DNA of 64,000 bases from Alphaproteobacteria bacterium (GCA_963665325.3 OZ224045.1:640001-704000), one strand, 5' to 3'; positions 19,888-32,437 are shown, numbered from the stretch's first letter. Notes: a model not told the origin generated them from the letters alone. Numbers and translations are program-made.

Positions 19888-21441
19888 ATGCAGGCCGATA
19901 CGGTCGATGACCTTTTTCGCCGTTTCGGCCCGAACTACCGCTGGTATGTAACCTTTGCCGGCCTGATCGGCGGCTTTTCGATGGTGCTGTCGGCCACCAT
20001 CGTCAATGTGGCCGTGCCGGAGGTCATGGGCGCGTTCGGCGTCGGGCAGGACCAGGCGCAATGGATGGCGACCGCCTTCCTCGCTACGATGACCGCCAGC
20101 CAGCTGCTCAACGCCTGGATCACCGAGGCATTCGGGCAGAGGCTCGGCTTCGCGCTGACGCTCGCGGTCTTCATGGCCGGGGCCCTGATGAGCGCCACGG
20201 CCACTTCGATGGACATGCTCATCCTCGGCCGCATCCTGCAGGGCGTGGCGGCGGGCATCGTCATGCCGATGACGATGGTGACCATCTTCACCGTCTTTCC
20301 GCCGGAACGCCGGGGCATGGCGATGGGCGTTTACGGCGCCGGCGTGGTGCTGGCGCCAGCGCTCGGGCCAGCGGTCGGGGGGATCGCCATCGACACGCTG
20401 TCCTGGCGCGCCATGTTCCTGCTGCCGCTGCCCTTCTGCGGCCTGGCGCTTCTCGCCGGCATGGTGTTCATGCCGTCCAAGGGGCGCATCGGCAGGCTGC
20501 CGCCCTTCGACTGGTTCGGCTTCGTCTTCCTGGGAGCGGCGCTCTTCCTGTTGATGACGGCCGCGGCATCGGGGCCGAGGGAAGGTTGGCTCTCCGATCA
20601 TATCCTGCTCTACGCCGTGCTGGGCACGGTCTCGGCGGCCATGTTCGTGATTATCCAGGTGAAGAGCCGGGCGCCGCTTCTGGATGTGACGCTCTTCCGC
20701 AACCGCACCTTCACGGCGGCGGTGATCGTCGCTTTCGTGTTCGGTGTCGGCAACTTCGCCTCCGGCTATGTCATTCCCGTATTCGTCCAGCAGGTTCAGA
20801 GCTTCACGGCGACCAAGGCCGGGCTGCTGCTGATGCCCGCCGGTCTGCTGCTGGTCTTCGCACTACCGCTCACCGGACGCGCCGCCGACCGTTTGCCCGA
20901 CCATATCCCGATCCTGGCCGGCCTCGGCTTCTTTGCGTTCGGCACCTTCCTGATGGCGACGGCCGACGCCAATACCGGTTTCTGGGCCTTCGCCGTCTTC
21001 ACGATGATCAGCCGGGTGGGCATGTCCTTCATCATGCCGGCGCTGTCCGCATCCGCCCTTCGCGCGCTCCCGAACGAAAAGCTGGCCCAGGGATCGGGCG
21101 CGATGAACTTCATCCGCCAACTCGGCGGGGCGTCCGGCACCAACCTGATCGTGGTCTGGCTGCAATTACGGACGCACTGGCATGCGGAATCGCTAGCCTC
21201 CACCCAGACAGCGGCGAACACGGCAAGCCGGGGATTCCTCGAGATCGTGGCGGACCGCCTCGGCATCGCCGGCCTGCCGGACCCGGCCCGGCTCGGCGCG
21301 GCGCTCGACTATCTGAGCCAGGTCGTCCACGCCCAGGCACTCGCCTTCGGCTTCCGGGACTGCTTCCTGGCGCTCGGCGCCGTCTTTGTGCTGGCGATGC
21401 TGCCGGCGCTCAATCTGGCGCGCGTCCCCCGCAGGGAGTAG
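19888..21441 (+). CDS. DHA2 family (EmrB/QacA) MFS efflux permease
   Basis: ATIVNVAVP, GRILQG, APALGPAVGG, RQLGG; about 14 TM segments. Confidence 0.9.
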   Translation: MQADTVDDLFRRFGPNYRWYVTFAGLIGGFSMVLSATIVNVAVPEVMGAFGVGQDQAQWMATAFLATMTASQLLNAWITEAFGQRLGFALTLAVFMAGALMSATATSMDMLILGRILQGVAAGIVMPMTMVTIFTVFPPERRGMAMGVYGAGVVLAPALGPAVGGIAIDTLSWRAMFLLPLPFCGLALLAGMVFMPSKGRIGRLPPFDWFGFVFLGAALFLLMTAAASGPREGWLSDHILLYAVLGTVSAAMFVIIQVKSRAPLLDVTLFRNRTFTAAVIVAFVFGVGNFASGYVIPVFVQQVQSFTATKAGLLLMPAGLLLVFALPLTGRAADRLPDHIPILAGLGFFAFGTFLMATADANTGFWAFAVFTMISRVGMSFIMPALSASALRALPNEKLAQGSGAMNFIRQLGGASGTNLIVVWLQLRTHWHAESLASTQTAANTASRGFLEIVADRLGIAGLPDPARLGAALDYLSQVVHAQALAFGFRDCFLALGAVFVLAMLPALNLARVPRRE

Positions 21442-21453
21442 GCTTCAGGCCGT

Positions 21454-21540
21454 GGCCGCTTGCTGGAATTGGTAGACAGACCGGACTTAAAATCCGATGG
21501 GAGAATTCCCGTGAGGGTTCGAGTCCCTCAGCGGCCACCA
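21454..21540 (+). tRNA. tRNA-Leu (TAA)
   Basis: Acceptor GGCCGCT/AGCGGCC-A-CCA, D-loop GGAATTGGTAGAC, anticodon loop CTTAAAA, long variable arm, GGTTCGAGTCC. Confidence 0.95.
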
Positions 21541-21571
21541 ACATAATCAGCTAGAATGGGGGCAGAGAATG

Positions 21572-21594
21572 GGTGGCCTTCAGGGCCGCCTTTT
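21572..21594 (+). terminator. Intrinsic terminator downstream of tRNA-Leu
   Basis: GGTGGCC-TTCAG-GGCCGCC hairpin followed by TTTT. Confidence 0.6.
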
Positions 21595-21678
21595 CGCTTC
21601 CGTGATTCCGTGGGGCCAAGGAACCGGAGAGCTATGCCGGAACCGGGTAAGAAACATGTACCCTGTACAGGTCAGCCC

Positions 21679-21712
21679 CGTGACCACGCATGACAAAACA
21701 CGACATTTCCGG
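21679..21712 (+). repeat. Isolated CATGACA heptamer array (partial copy C of the dispersed element)
   Basis: CGTGACC-acg-CATGACA-aaa-CACGACA-TTTCCGG, matching CATGACAAAACATGACATTTCCGG of copy B. Confidence 0.7.
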
Positions 21713-21724
21713 TAGCTGCGCTGC

Positions 21725-22300
21725 ATGTCCCTGCTCGTGCTTGCCTCCGCTTCGCCCCGCCGGCTCGAATTGCTCCGCCGTATCGGCATTGAACCGGACC
21801 GGATAGCGCCGATGGAGATCGACGAAACGCCGCGCCCCGGAGAGTTGCCGCGAGACCTTGCCGCGCGGCTTGCCGGAGAGAAATGCGCAGAAGCGTCGAA
21901 TCACTTCCCGGACAGCTATGTGCTCGCTGCGGACACTGTGGTTGCATGCGGGCGCCGGGTGCTCGGCAAGGCGCAGGATGTCGAGGAGGCGCGGCGCTTT
22001 CTCACGATGCTTTCCGGTCGCCGCCACCGCGTATGGGGGGGAATCGCGGTCCGGGCACCGGACGGCCGCCGGGCAGACCGGACGGTGGTGACGCATGTGG
22101 CGTTCAAACGGCTGGAGACGCGCGAGATCGAAAGTTATCTCGACTGCAGCGAATGGCGCGACAAGGCCGGCGCCTACGGTATCCAGGGCCGTGCAGGCGG
22201 CTTCGTCAAGGCGATTACCGGCTCCTACCCGAATGTCGTGGGCCTTGCCCTTTACGAAGCACGGTCGCTGCTTGCCGGCCTAGGTTATCCCGTACCGTGA
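21725..22300 (+). CDS. maf: Maf family nucleoside triphosphate pyrophosphatase (YhdE-type)
   Basis: LASASPRRLELL, ADTVV, LSGRRH, DKAGAYGIQG, NVVGL. Confidence 0.94.
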   Translation: MSLLVLASASPRRLELLRRIGIEPDRIAPMEIDETPRPGELPRDLAARLAGEKCAEASNHFPDSYVLAADTVVACGRRVLGKAQDVEEARRFLTMLSGRRHRVWGGIAVRAPDGRRADRTVVTHVAFKRLETREIESYLDCSEWRDKAGAYGIQGRAGGFVKAITGSYPNVVGLALYEARSLLAGLGYPVP

Positions 22301-23382
22301 ACCGGGCACTATTGACGGAAGCGCCCTGGGGCCGAACGGCCGCATTGCTGGCGGGCGGGGCGGCGGTGGAATTGCGGCTGGAGCGTCCGGCGGACGAAAT
22401 GGGTTCTATCTGGCGCGGTCGCGTACTGCGCGTGGAGCCGGGCCTCGGCGCGTTCGTCGATCTGGGAGATGGCAGCACCGGCCTGCTCGGCGGAAGCAAG
22501 CCACCGCACGAAGGCTCCTCGCTTCTGGTTCAGGCGACCCGGCCCTCGGTCGGCGGTAAAGGGCCTGCTCTCGGCAGGGCTCCGAGGCTCGCCGGCCGCT
22601 ACCTGGTCTTTACGCCCCGGAATCCCGGTGTCGTCGCATCTAAGCGGCTTCCTGACGATGGAACCCGCACCCGTCTGCAAGGCCACGCGCGCCGGCTTGT
22701 CGGGCCAGGCGAGGGAGCGGTCGTACGTGCCGCGGCCGCAGCGGTGGCGGATACAGCCTTTGCAAGGGAACTGGACATGCTTCGGGCGCGTTGGCAACGC
22801 ATCGAAGCAGCTTCGGATGAGGCGCCCGCCCTCTTGTGGAGGGAAGGCGACCCTCTCCGGGCTTTCCTGCGGGACCGCCTTGCTCCCGGCGGCACGGTGC
22901 TTGCGGACCGCAGGCTGCGCTCTTACGCGGAACGCTTGGGTTTGCCGGACATACGGATCGAGTTGCTGGACGAGCCAGGCTGGCAGGCTTTCGACCTCGA
23001 AGACGCAATCCAGAGGGCGCTGGAACCGGTGGTGGCGCTCGCCAGCGGCGGAAGCATCTCCGTCGAAGAAACGCGGGCTGCGGTTGTAATCGACGTGGAC
23101 GGCGGCGGACGGAAAGACGCGCTGGCGCTAAACCTAGAGGCTGCGGAAACGGTTGCGCGGGAGATCCAGCTGCGAGGGCTCGGCGGCCTTGTGCTGATCG
23201 ATTTTGTCGATCTCGACCGGGCGGTCGAGCGGCGAAGGGTCGAGCGCCGCTTGGCGGACGGGTTCGCGGGCGATCCCGCCGCGCGGCGGCAATTGCCGTT
23301 CTCGCCGCTCGGGGTGATAGAGATGACCCGCCAGCGTCTCGGAGTCCCGCTTGCCGAGCAATGGGCGCTGCGCCGGAGGTAG
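22297..23382 (+). CDS. Ribonuclease E/G family protein (short RNase G-like)
   Basis: S1-like GRVLRVEPGLGAFVDLG, IDVDGG, NLEAA, LRGLGGLVLIDFVD, GVIEMTRQR; lies between maf and yacG. Confidence 0.85.
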   Translation: MNRALLTEAPWGRTAALLAGGAAVELRLERPADEMGSIWRGRVLRVEPGLGAFVDLGDGSTGLLGGSKPPHEGSSLLVQATRPSVGGKGPALGRAPRLAGRYLVFTPRNPGVVASKRLPDDGTRTRLQGHARRLVGPGEGAVVRAAAAAVADTAFARELDMLRARWQRIEAASDEAPALLWREGDPLRAFLRDRLAPGGTVLADRRLRSYAERLGLPDIRIELLDEPGWQAFDLEDAIQRALEPVVALASGGSISVEETRAAVVIDVDGGGRKDALALNLEAAETVAREIQLRGLGGLVLIDFVDLDRAVERRRVERRLADGFAGDPAARRQLPFSPLGVIEMTRQRLGVPLAEQWALRRR

Positions 23383-23384
23383 CT

Positions 23385-23591
23385 ATGGCCAAAGAGCCCG
23401 TTAAACTTCGTCCTTTCGGTTCCTGCCCGATCTGCGGGCGGCCTGCCGTCGAGGCGGTGCGCCCCTTCTGCTCCCCCAATTGCCGCCACCTGGACCTCGG
23501 CCGCTGGTTGACGGAAGGCTATGTCATCCAGGAAGGCGGTGCGCTTGGAGAAGCGCCGGCGGCGAACCCTTTCGCCGACGAGGACAGATGA
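23385..23591 (+). CDS. yacG: DNA gyrase inhibitor YacG
   Basis: CPICG-x-RPFCS-x2-C-x2-LDLGRWL-x2-Y; GGAGG RBS. Confidence 0.92.
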   Translation: MAKEPVKLRPFGSCPICGRPAVEAVRPFCSPNCRHLDLGRWLTEGYVIQEGGALGEAPAANPFADEDR

Positions 23592-23689
23592 CTGCCCCCG
23601 GCCGACGGACGCAGATGCCGCAAAATCGCGCAAAGCACGACGTTTACGGCCTTCTTTCGTCGCTTGTCCTGGTTTAGAAAGCGCTTCTC

Positions 23690-25078
23690 ATGAGCACTCC
23701 TCCTATCGGCCACAATGCGGCGATCGCCGCGCTGCGCGATGTATTCGGCGACCGGCTTTCCACTTCCGATGCGGTTCGGGAGCAGCACGGCCGAGGCGAA
23801 GACTATTTCCCGCTCGCACCGCCCGACGCTGTCGCTTTTGCGTTGACGACAGAGGAGGTGAGCGCTGCTCACCGGATCTGCGCCGAGTTCGGTCTGCCGA
23901 TCGTTCCTTTCGGAACGGGCACATCGCTCGAAGGGCATGTCAGCGCTGTTGAAGGCGGTCTTTCCATAGATCTGAGCCGCATGAACGAGGTGCTGGAGGT
24001 CAATGGAGAAGACAGCGACTGTAGGGTCCAGGCAGGCGTTACCCGTAAGCAACTGAACGAGTATCTGCGCGACACCGGGTTGTTTTTCCCCATCGATCCC
24101 GGCGCCGACGCATCGCTTGGCGGGATGGCAGCGACCGGTGCTTCGGGCACAAATGCCGTGCGTTACGGCACGATGAGCGAGAATGTGCTCGGGCTGACCG
24201 TAGTCATGCACGACGGCGAGATCGTCGAAACCGGCGGCCGGGCGCGCAAATCGTCGGCTGGCTACGACCTGACGCGATTGTTCGTCGGGTCCGAAGGGAC
24301 GCTTTGCACCATTACTGAAGTACGCCTCAAACTTTACGGCATCCCGGAGAGTATCGCGTCGGCCGTCTGCCAGTTTTCGAGCCTGGAGGCAGCCGTCGAC
24401 ACCGTAACGCTCACCATGCAGTCGGGCGTTCCGGTGGCGCGTATCGAGTTGCTGGACGACACGCAGATGGACGCCTGCATCCGTTACTCCGACCTGGAGG
24501 ATTTCGAGGTCAGGCCGACCCTGTTCTTTGAGTTCCACGGTTCCCCTGCCGGAACAGCGGAGCAGGCGGAGACAGTCCAGGACATCGCCGCCGAACTCGG
24601 CGGCAGCGCCTTCCGCTGGACGCAAAGCCAAGAAGAGCGGAACAAGCTCTGGCAGGCCCGTCACGATGTCTATTACGCCTGCATGGCACTCAGGCCCGGC
24701 TGCCGGGCCTGGTCCACCGATGTTTGCGTGCCGATCTCCAGACTGGCCGAGTGCCTGATAGAGACGCGCCGCGATGTGGACGAGACCGGTCTCGTCGCGC
24801 CCATTGTGGGTCATGTTGGCGATGGCAATTTCCACTGCGGCATCGTCATAGACCCCGACGACCCGGAGGAAATGGCGACCGCTCAGGCCTTCAACAAGCG
24901 CCTTGTTGCACGGGCGCTGGCGATGGGCGGCACCTGCACCGGCGAGCACGGCGTCGGCCAGGGCAAGATCGATTCCGTCGAGGCGGAACGAGGCGAGGCC
25001 GTGGATGTGATGCGCGCGCTCAAACTCGCTCTCGACCCGGCAAACAGGATGAACCCCGGCAAGGTGATACGGCTATGA
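23690..25078 (+). CDS. FAD-linked oxidase, D-lactate dehydrogenase / GlcD family
   Basis: GTGTSLEGH, PIDPGADASLGG, GSEGTL, GHVGDGNFH, TGEHGVGQGK, MNPGK. Confidence 0.93.
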   Translation: MSTPPIGHNAAIAALRDVFGDRLSTSDAVREQHGRGEDYFPLAPPDAVAFALTTEEVSAAHRICAEFGLPIVPFGTGTSLEGHVSAVEGGLSIDLSRMNEVLEVNGEDSDCRVQAGVTRKQLNEYLRDTGLFFPIDPGADASLGGMAATGASGTNAVRYGTMSENVLGLTVVMHDGEIVETGGRARKSSAGYDLTRLFVGSEGTLCTITEVRLKLYGIPESIASAVCQFSSLEAAVDTVTLTMQSGVPVARIELLDDTQMDACIRYSDLEDFEVRPTLFFEFHGSPAGTAEQAETVQDIAAELGGSAFRWTQSQEERNKLWQARHDVYYACMALRPGCRAWSTDVCVPISRLAECLIETRRDVDETGLVAPIVGHVGDGNFHCGIVIDPDDPEEMATAQAFNKRLVARALAMGGTCTGEHGVGQGKIDSVEAERGEAVDVMRALKLALDPANRMNPGKVIRL

Positions 25079-25824
25079 CACAGCTCGCCCATGCCGAAAT
25101 GCGGGAAGACCTCGCCTGCGCGCTTCGCTGGGCGGTAAGGCTGAACCTGCATGAAGGCGTCGACAACCACTTCTCTGCGGTCGTGCCGGGCGAAGACGGC
25201 GAAATGCGTGGCGACCGTTTCCTCATCAATCCCTACGGTGTGCACTGGTCGGAGATGACCGCATCGGCGCTCTGCCTCTGCAACGAGGAAGGCGAAGTGC
25301 TGGAGGGCGGAGACAAGGTCGAGAACACGGCCTTTTATATTCACAGCCGCATCCATGTGAATGTGCCGTCCGCGAAGGTCGTGCTGCACACTCACCAGCC
25401 CTACTCGACGGCGATTACCCTGCTGGAAGGCGGAAGGCTGGAGATGTGCGAGCAGAACGCGCTGATGTTCGACGACCGCATCGCCTATGACGACGACTAT
25501 GACGGCCTTGCGCTGGACAATGACGAAGGCGACCGGCTGGCCAGCGCGATGGGCAACCGGTCCATCGCCTTCCTGGCCAGCCACGGCATCGTCGTTTCCG
25601 GCGAGACGGTCGGCGAAGCGTTCACCGACCTCTTCTATCTGGAACGCGCTGCCCAGTTCCAGATGATCGCAAGGGCGACCGGCGGAAAGCTGCGGAAGAT
25701 TTCGGACAAGGTGCGGGATTCGGTGCGCCAGCAGTTCGCCGAGGAACGACCGAAGCTCGCCGACAGGCATTTCGCGGCCCTGAAACGCATCCTGGATCGC
25801 GAAGAGCCGGAATACCGGCTGTGA
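25075..25824 (+). CDS. Class II aldolase / adducin family protein
   Basis: NHFS, FLINP, HSRIH, VLHTH, LASHG, LERAA. Confidence 0.9.
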   Translation: MTQLAHAEMREDLACALRWAVRLNLHEGVDNHFSAVVPGEDGEMRGDRFLINPYGVHWSEMTASALCLCNEEGEVLEGGDKVENTAFYIHSRIHVNVPSAKVVLHTHQPYSTAITLLEGGRLEMCEQNALMFDDRIAYDDDYDGLALDNDEGDRLASAMGNRSIAFLASHGIVVSGETVGEAFTDLFYLERAAQFQMIARATGGKLRKISDKVRDSVRQQFAEERPKLADRHFAALKRILDREEPEYRL

Positions 25825-25834
25825 GGCCCTAACA

Positions 25835-26700
25835 ATGAAAATCGAACGCGTCGGCGAGACCATCGACATGCTCGGCGAAGGTCCGCTCTGGGACGTGACC
25901 GAGCAGGCGCTCTATTGGGTGGACAGCCGCGGCTGCAAGATCCACCGGCTGGACTGGGCCACCGGCGAGCGTCGGGACTGGGACGTGCCGGCGATGATCG
26001 GCTCCATGGCGCTTCGCGAGGCCGGCGGCGCGATCCTTGCGCTCCAGACCGGCATCCACACCTTCGATTTCGAGATCGGCGAGGCAACGCCCATCGCCGA
26101 CCCGGAGGCGGACGATCCTTCCACGCGCTTCAACGACGGCAAGGTGGATCGGCAGGGCCGTTTCCTGACCGGCACCATGGCCACGCGGATCGGCGAAGAG
26201 CCGCGCGGCTCCATCTACCGTCTCGACACGGACCTCTCGCTGCACCGGCTGAAGGGCGGCGTCATCGTGGCGAACGGCCCCTGTTTCAGCCCGGATGGCG
26301 AAATTTTCTACTTCGCCGACACGCGCCGGAACGCGATCTTCGCCTACGACTACGACACGGCGACCGGCGATATCGGGCCTGAGCGCGTCGCCGTGGATAC
26401 GACGCCCTATGACAGCGGCCCGGACGGCGGCACGGTGGACAGCGAGGGTTATCTCTGGACCGCACTCGTCCATGCAAGCCGGATTGCCCGCTTTGCGCCC
26501 GACGGGAGTCTGGACCGACTGATCGACATGCCCTGCACGCGCCCGGCAAGCGTCATGTTCGGCGGTCCGGACCTCGACATCGTCTTCGTGCCGTCGATCC
26601 GGGACTCCGGCAATGTGCGCGGCGACAAGGAAATCGACGGCGCCCTGTTCGCGGTCCACGGCCTCGGCGTTACTGGAATCCCCGAACCGCGCTTCGCCGG

Positions 26701-26704
<4 letters not shown>
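25835..26704 (+). CDS. SMP-30 / gluconolactonase / LRE family protein
   Basis: LGEGPLWD, RFNDGKVD, NGPCFSPDG, PDGGTVDSEG. Confidence 0.93.
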
Positions 26705-28694
<1,990 letters not shown>

Positions 28695-28705
28695 TTATAC
28701 CCGCC

Positions 28706-29410
28706 TCAGCCGGAATGTGAAGCCGTGCCGCCCGCAGCCCGGAAATCGGTCGCCACAAGATAGAGTTCCGAGGACTCCTTGCGGCTCGCATCCGGCTTCA
28801 CATGCCGTACTTGCGCAAAGTCCTTCTTCAGAACATTCAGGAGGTCATGGTGCATACCTCCTTGAAAAATCTTGACAACAAAGGCTCCGCCCGGCCGCAA
28901 TAATCCGCGTGCTGTGTCATAGGCCAGATCCGCAAGCGCGGCGATACGCAACCGGTCCGTCGTCGCGTGCCCGGTGGTGCGCGGAGCCATGTCGCTTAAC
29001 ACGACGTCCGCGCCGTCCGGTAATGCTGCTCCGAGTCGCGCCGGACTATCGTCGCTTTCCAGGTCCATAGTGAGGCAAAGGGCGCCGGGAACCGGCTCCA
29101 TCGACTGGAGGTCCACCGCGATCACCCGCCCGCCCGAACGCGCCACCGACACCTGTGTCCAGCCGCCGGGCGCCGCCCCGAGGTCGAGAACCGAGCTGCC
29201 CGGCTTAAGAAGGCGGAAGCGGTCGTCGAGCTGCATCAGCTTGAAGGCCGCGCGGGAACGCAGTCCCTGCCTCTTCGCTTCTGCTACATAAGAATCGCTG
29301 TGTTGGCGCTGCAACCAGCGCGTGGAGGCCGTCTTGCGCCCCTTCGCCGTGCGGAGCCGGGCCTTCAGTCCCGCCTGTCTTCCTGGCCTTGTGCGGGGAG
29401 GTCGGCTCAC
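28706..29410 (-). CDS. rlmE: 23S rRNA 2'-O-methyltransferase RlmE/FtsJ
   Basis: RSRAAFKL, DLGAAPGGW, SDMAP, KIFQG, KPDASRKESSELY; start position approximate. Confidence 0.93.
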   Translation of the reverse strand: MSRPPRTRPGRQAGLKARLRTAKGRKTASTRWLQRQHSDSYVAEAKRQGLRSRAAFKLMQLDDRFRLLKPGSSVLDLGAAPGGWTQVSVARSGGRVIAVDLQSMEPVPGALCLTMDLESDDSPARLGAALPDGADVVLSDMAPRTTGHATTDRLRIAALADLAYDTARGLLRPGGAFVVKIFQGGMHHDLLNVLKKDFAQVRHVKPDASRKESSELYLVATDFRAAGGTASHSG

Positions 29411-30408
29411 GCGGTCCCGCCGTCCCTGGCGATCAGGCGGAACAGAATGCCCTCGCGCACCCCTCGGTCGGCGACCCGGATCGAGCCGACAGGCCACATC
29501 CGACAGATTGCTTCGAGGATGGCGCAGCCGCCGACCGCCATGTCTGCCCGGTCGCGACCGATGCATGGCAGTCGCGCCCTGCCCTCCCTATCCAACCGGC
29601 GCAGTCTGGCGGACACGACGTCGAGGTCGTCGAAGGCAAGGGAGCACCCGTCCACGAGGTCACGGCGATAACGCACAAGGCCGAGATGCAGCCCGGCAAC
29701 GATCGTCACCGGGCCCGACGTGCCAAGCATCTGAACTCTACCCGCCGCGACCGCCGCAGAGATGCAGTTCGCCTCGTCGAACCGGCGCAGCCAAGGCGTT
29801 ACCGCCGCTGTCATGGCCCGGTAGGCGCGATCCGAAATCCTGTCTGAGCCAAATGTCTCGGCCATGCGGGCCACGCCCCACGGAAGCGAAATCGAATCCA
29901 GCATCCGGGCGGTTCCCTGGCCTTGCACCGCCAGCCACATGAGCTCGCTGCTGCCGCCGCCGATATCGAACACCAGTGCGCGCCCGCAGGACGGGTCGAG
30001 CAGAGGCGTGCAACCGGCCGCCGCCAGAGCTGCTTCCTCCCGCGTGCCGATGATTTCCAGCCGCACACCCGTCTCGCGCTTCACCCGCGCCACGAAGCCG
30101 GCGCAGTTGTCCGCGCGGCGACAGGCGTCGGTCGCCACGCAACGCATCTTCGTGACGCGCCGCTGCCTTATCTTGCCGGCACAGATATGGAGGGCTGCAA
30201 TTGCCCGCTCAATGGCCTGCTCCGAAAGCCGGCCGGTGCTTTGCAGGCCTTCACCCAGCCGGACGATGCGCGAAAAGCTGTCCAGGACGTCGAAGCCCCC
30301 GTCCGAAGGCCGCACGACGAGCAGGCGGCAATTGTTGGTGCCGAGATCGAGCGCTGCATAGACCGGTGCTCCAGTCTGCGGTCCCGTTTCCTGCTGCTGC
30401 CGTTGCAT
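29407..30408 (-). CDS. Ppx/GppA phosphatase family protein
   Basis: ALDLGTNNCRLL, IVRLGEG, VATDACR, DIGGGSSE, DRGVREG. Confidence 0.93.
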   Translation of the reverse strand: MQRQQQETGPQTGAPVYAALDLGTNNCRLLVVRPSDGGFDVLDSFSRIVRLGEGLQSTGRLSEQAIERAIAALHICAGKIRQRRVTKMRCVATDACRRADNCAGFVARVKRETGVRLEIIGTREEAALAAAGCTPLLDPSCGRALVFDIGGGSSELMWLAVQGQGTARMLDSISLPWGVARMAETFGSDRISDRAYRAMTAAVTPWLRRFDEANCISAAVAAGRVQMLGTSGPVTIVAGLHLGLVRYRRDLVDGCSLAFDDLDVVSARLRRLDREGRARLPCIGRDRADMAVGGCAILEAICRMWPVGSIRVADRGVREGILFRLIARDGGTA

Positions 30409-30538
30409 CGCTGCCCGAACTCCCCCGGCATGATAGCGGGGAAGCGGCAACATTGCTGCCTCTCAACGAAACGGCGACAGGACTGCCACTATGATTGCCC
30501 GGCCCGCAATCGGAGGCGCCGGAAATTCTTAGTTGAGG

Positions 30539-30949
30539 TCAGGGTGTATCGGCTTGGACCGACGTGGCGCCGGCACGCGCGCAATCCTCGTCTTCCTGTC
30601 CAGTGCCGCCGCCGACGCCGCACGCGCCGACCACCTGTCCACCGCGCATGATGGGCACCGCACCCTGCCCGTAGATCAGGCGTCCACCGTCTGCGGCAGC
30701 AATGCCGCGGAAGGTCGGATGGTCCGCCCGCTCAGTCAGGTCGCCGCTCGGCCTGGCGAAAGCGGCGGACGCGGCAGCCTTGCCCTGCGAGCCGTAGACC
30801 GCGGCCCAGATCGCGCCGTCCATGCGCTGGAAGGAGATGAGCCGCCCACCGGCATCCACAACAGAAACGCAAATCAGAATGCCGAGGCTCTCCGCATGTG
30901 CAATGGCGGTCGCAGCGACGCGGTTGGCATCCTGTAGGGTGAGCGGCAT
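30539..30949 (-). CDS. GlcG/HbpS family heme-binding protein
   Basis: VSVVDAGG, RMDGA, GKA, VGACGVGGG-x-EDEDCA; GGAG RBS. Confidence 0.88.
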   Translation of the reverse strand: MPLTLQDANRVAATAIAHAESLGILICVSVVDAGGRLISFQRMDGAIWAAVYGSQGKAAASAAFARPSGDLTERADHPTFRGIAAADGGRLIYGQGAVPIMRGGQVVGACGVGGGTGQEDEDCARAGATSVQADTP

Positions 30950-31054
30950 GGAAGGTCTCCGGATGGCATGGGTTGGAGGTCGAGCGGTCGGCCGCCGATA
31001 GTGTATAGCATCCCCCGTTGTCGCCGAATGGAAACACGGCACGGGAGCCAGCTC

Positions 31055-32437
31055 ATGCGACCGAACGAAAGAACGCTGGACCTCAGGTCCTTCCTCGAAG
31101 ATCTGGAAGCGGTGGATCCGGACGCAATATTGCGCATCCCGGAACCTGTGAGCATCGACTTCGATGTAACGGCTGTGGCGATGGAACTGGAGAACCGGGG
31201 CCGCGCGCCGGTGATCCTGTTCGAAAAGGTGGGGGACTCGCCCTTTCCCGTAGTCGCCAACCTGTTCGGCGATCGTCGGCGCTACGCCCAAGCGCTCGGC
31301 GTCGCGGACTCGGTCCTGATCGAGACCTGGGGCGGGCTCGGCGACAGGACGATCGATCCGGTAATCCGCGAGACTGGCCCGATTCTGGATAACGTGACGA
31401 CGGGCGAGAAACTCGATCTGGGCGCACTGCCGATCCTCAACCACTTCGCGGAGGATGGCGGCCCATACGTCACCAACGGTATTGTCGTGGCAAGGGACCC
31501 GGATACCGGGGTGCGCAACGCCAGCTACCATCGGCTGCAGGTCATGGGCAGGACCCGCTTCGGCACCAGCCTGCACAGCCGCCGGCATCTCTGGAACTAT
31601 GCGCAGCGGGCCGCCCGGCGGGGCGAAGCGATCCCGGTGTCGATAGTCATCGGGCACCATCCGCTGTTCGCGTTCGGCAGCGGCTTGTGGAAAGGACCGA
31701 TGAACGCCGACGAATACGCCGTCGCCGGGGGCTTCATGGGCCGGGCACTGGAATTGGTCGCGGGCGTGACGGTGCCGGTCGAGGCGCCGGCCTTCGCCGA
31801 GTTCGTCATCGAGGGCCATATCGTGCCCGGCGAAGAGGCGGACGAGGGCCCGTTCGCCGAATTCACCGGCTATGCGTCGGCCCGTTCGACCCGGCATGTC
31901 ATCGAGGTCTCGGCGATCCTGCACCGCAGGGACGCAATCTACCAGGATATCGTCCCGGGCATTTCCGACGAACATACCGGCCTCTTGGCAGTGCCGATGG
32001 AGGCGCGGCTGCTCAAGGTGCTACGCCAGAACTATCCCAATGTAACCGGCGTGGCGATGCCCAAGTCCGGCACCTGCCGGATGCATGTCTATATCGCCAT
32101 GAAGGAGCCGGCGCCCGGCCAGGCGAAGAATGCCGCCGCGACCGCGCTCGGCGAGGACCTCAGCCTCAAACTGGCGGTTGTGGTGGACGACGATGTCGAT
32201 ATCGCCAGCGACCGCGATGTCATGTGGGCGCTCTGCACCCGAATGCAGGCAGACGCTGACGTGGATATCCTGAAGAACTGCATGGGCGCCATCCTCGACC
32301 CGTCGAACCATGACGGGCTGACGGCCAAGATGATCGTGGACGCAACCAAGCCCGCCGGAGACTTCCCGCCGCGGCATACAATCCCGGAGGCAGCTGCTGC
32401 CAGGGCGAGGGAACTGGTCGCGAAATACTCGACCTGA
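31055..32437 (+). CDS. UbiD family prFMN-dependent decarboxylase
   Basis: EDGGPY, NASYHR, EFVIEG, EGPFAEFTGY, VVVDDDVD, WALCTR, KMIVDATKP. Confidence 0.93.
   Translation: MRPNERTLDLRSFLEDLEAVDPDAILRIPEPVSIDFDVTAVAMELENRGRAPVILFEKVGDSPFPVVANLFGDRRRYAQALGVADSVLIETWGGLGDRTIDPVIRETGPILDNVTTGEKLDLGALPILNHFAEDGGPYVTNGIVVARDPDTGVRNASYHRLQVMGRTRFGTSLHSRRHLWNYAQRAARRGEAIPVSIVIGHHPLFAFGSGLWKGPMNADEYAVAGGFMGRALELVAGVTVPVEAPAFAEFVIEGHIVPGEEADEGPFAEFTGYASARSTRHVIEVSAILHRRDAIYQDIVPGISDEHTGLLAVPMEARLLKVLRQNYPNVTGVAMPKSGTCRMHVYIAMKEPAPGQAKNAAATALGEDLSLKLAVVVDDDVDIASDRDVMWALCTRMQADADVDILKNCMGAILDPSNHDGLTAKMIVDATKPAGDFPPRHTIPEAAAARARELVAKYST

Noticed and set aside
23385-23591. yacG and gyrA in one window as a functional cluster
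   Set aside because: They are about 17 kb apart, each in its usual conserved operon
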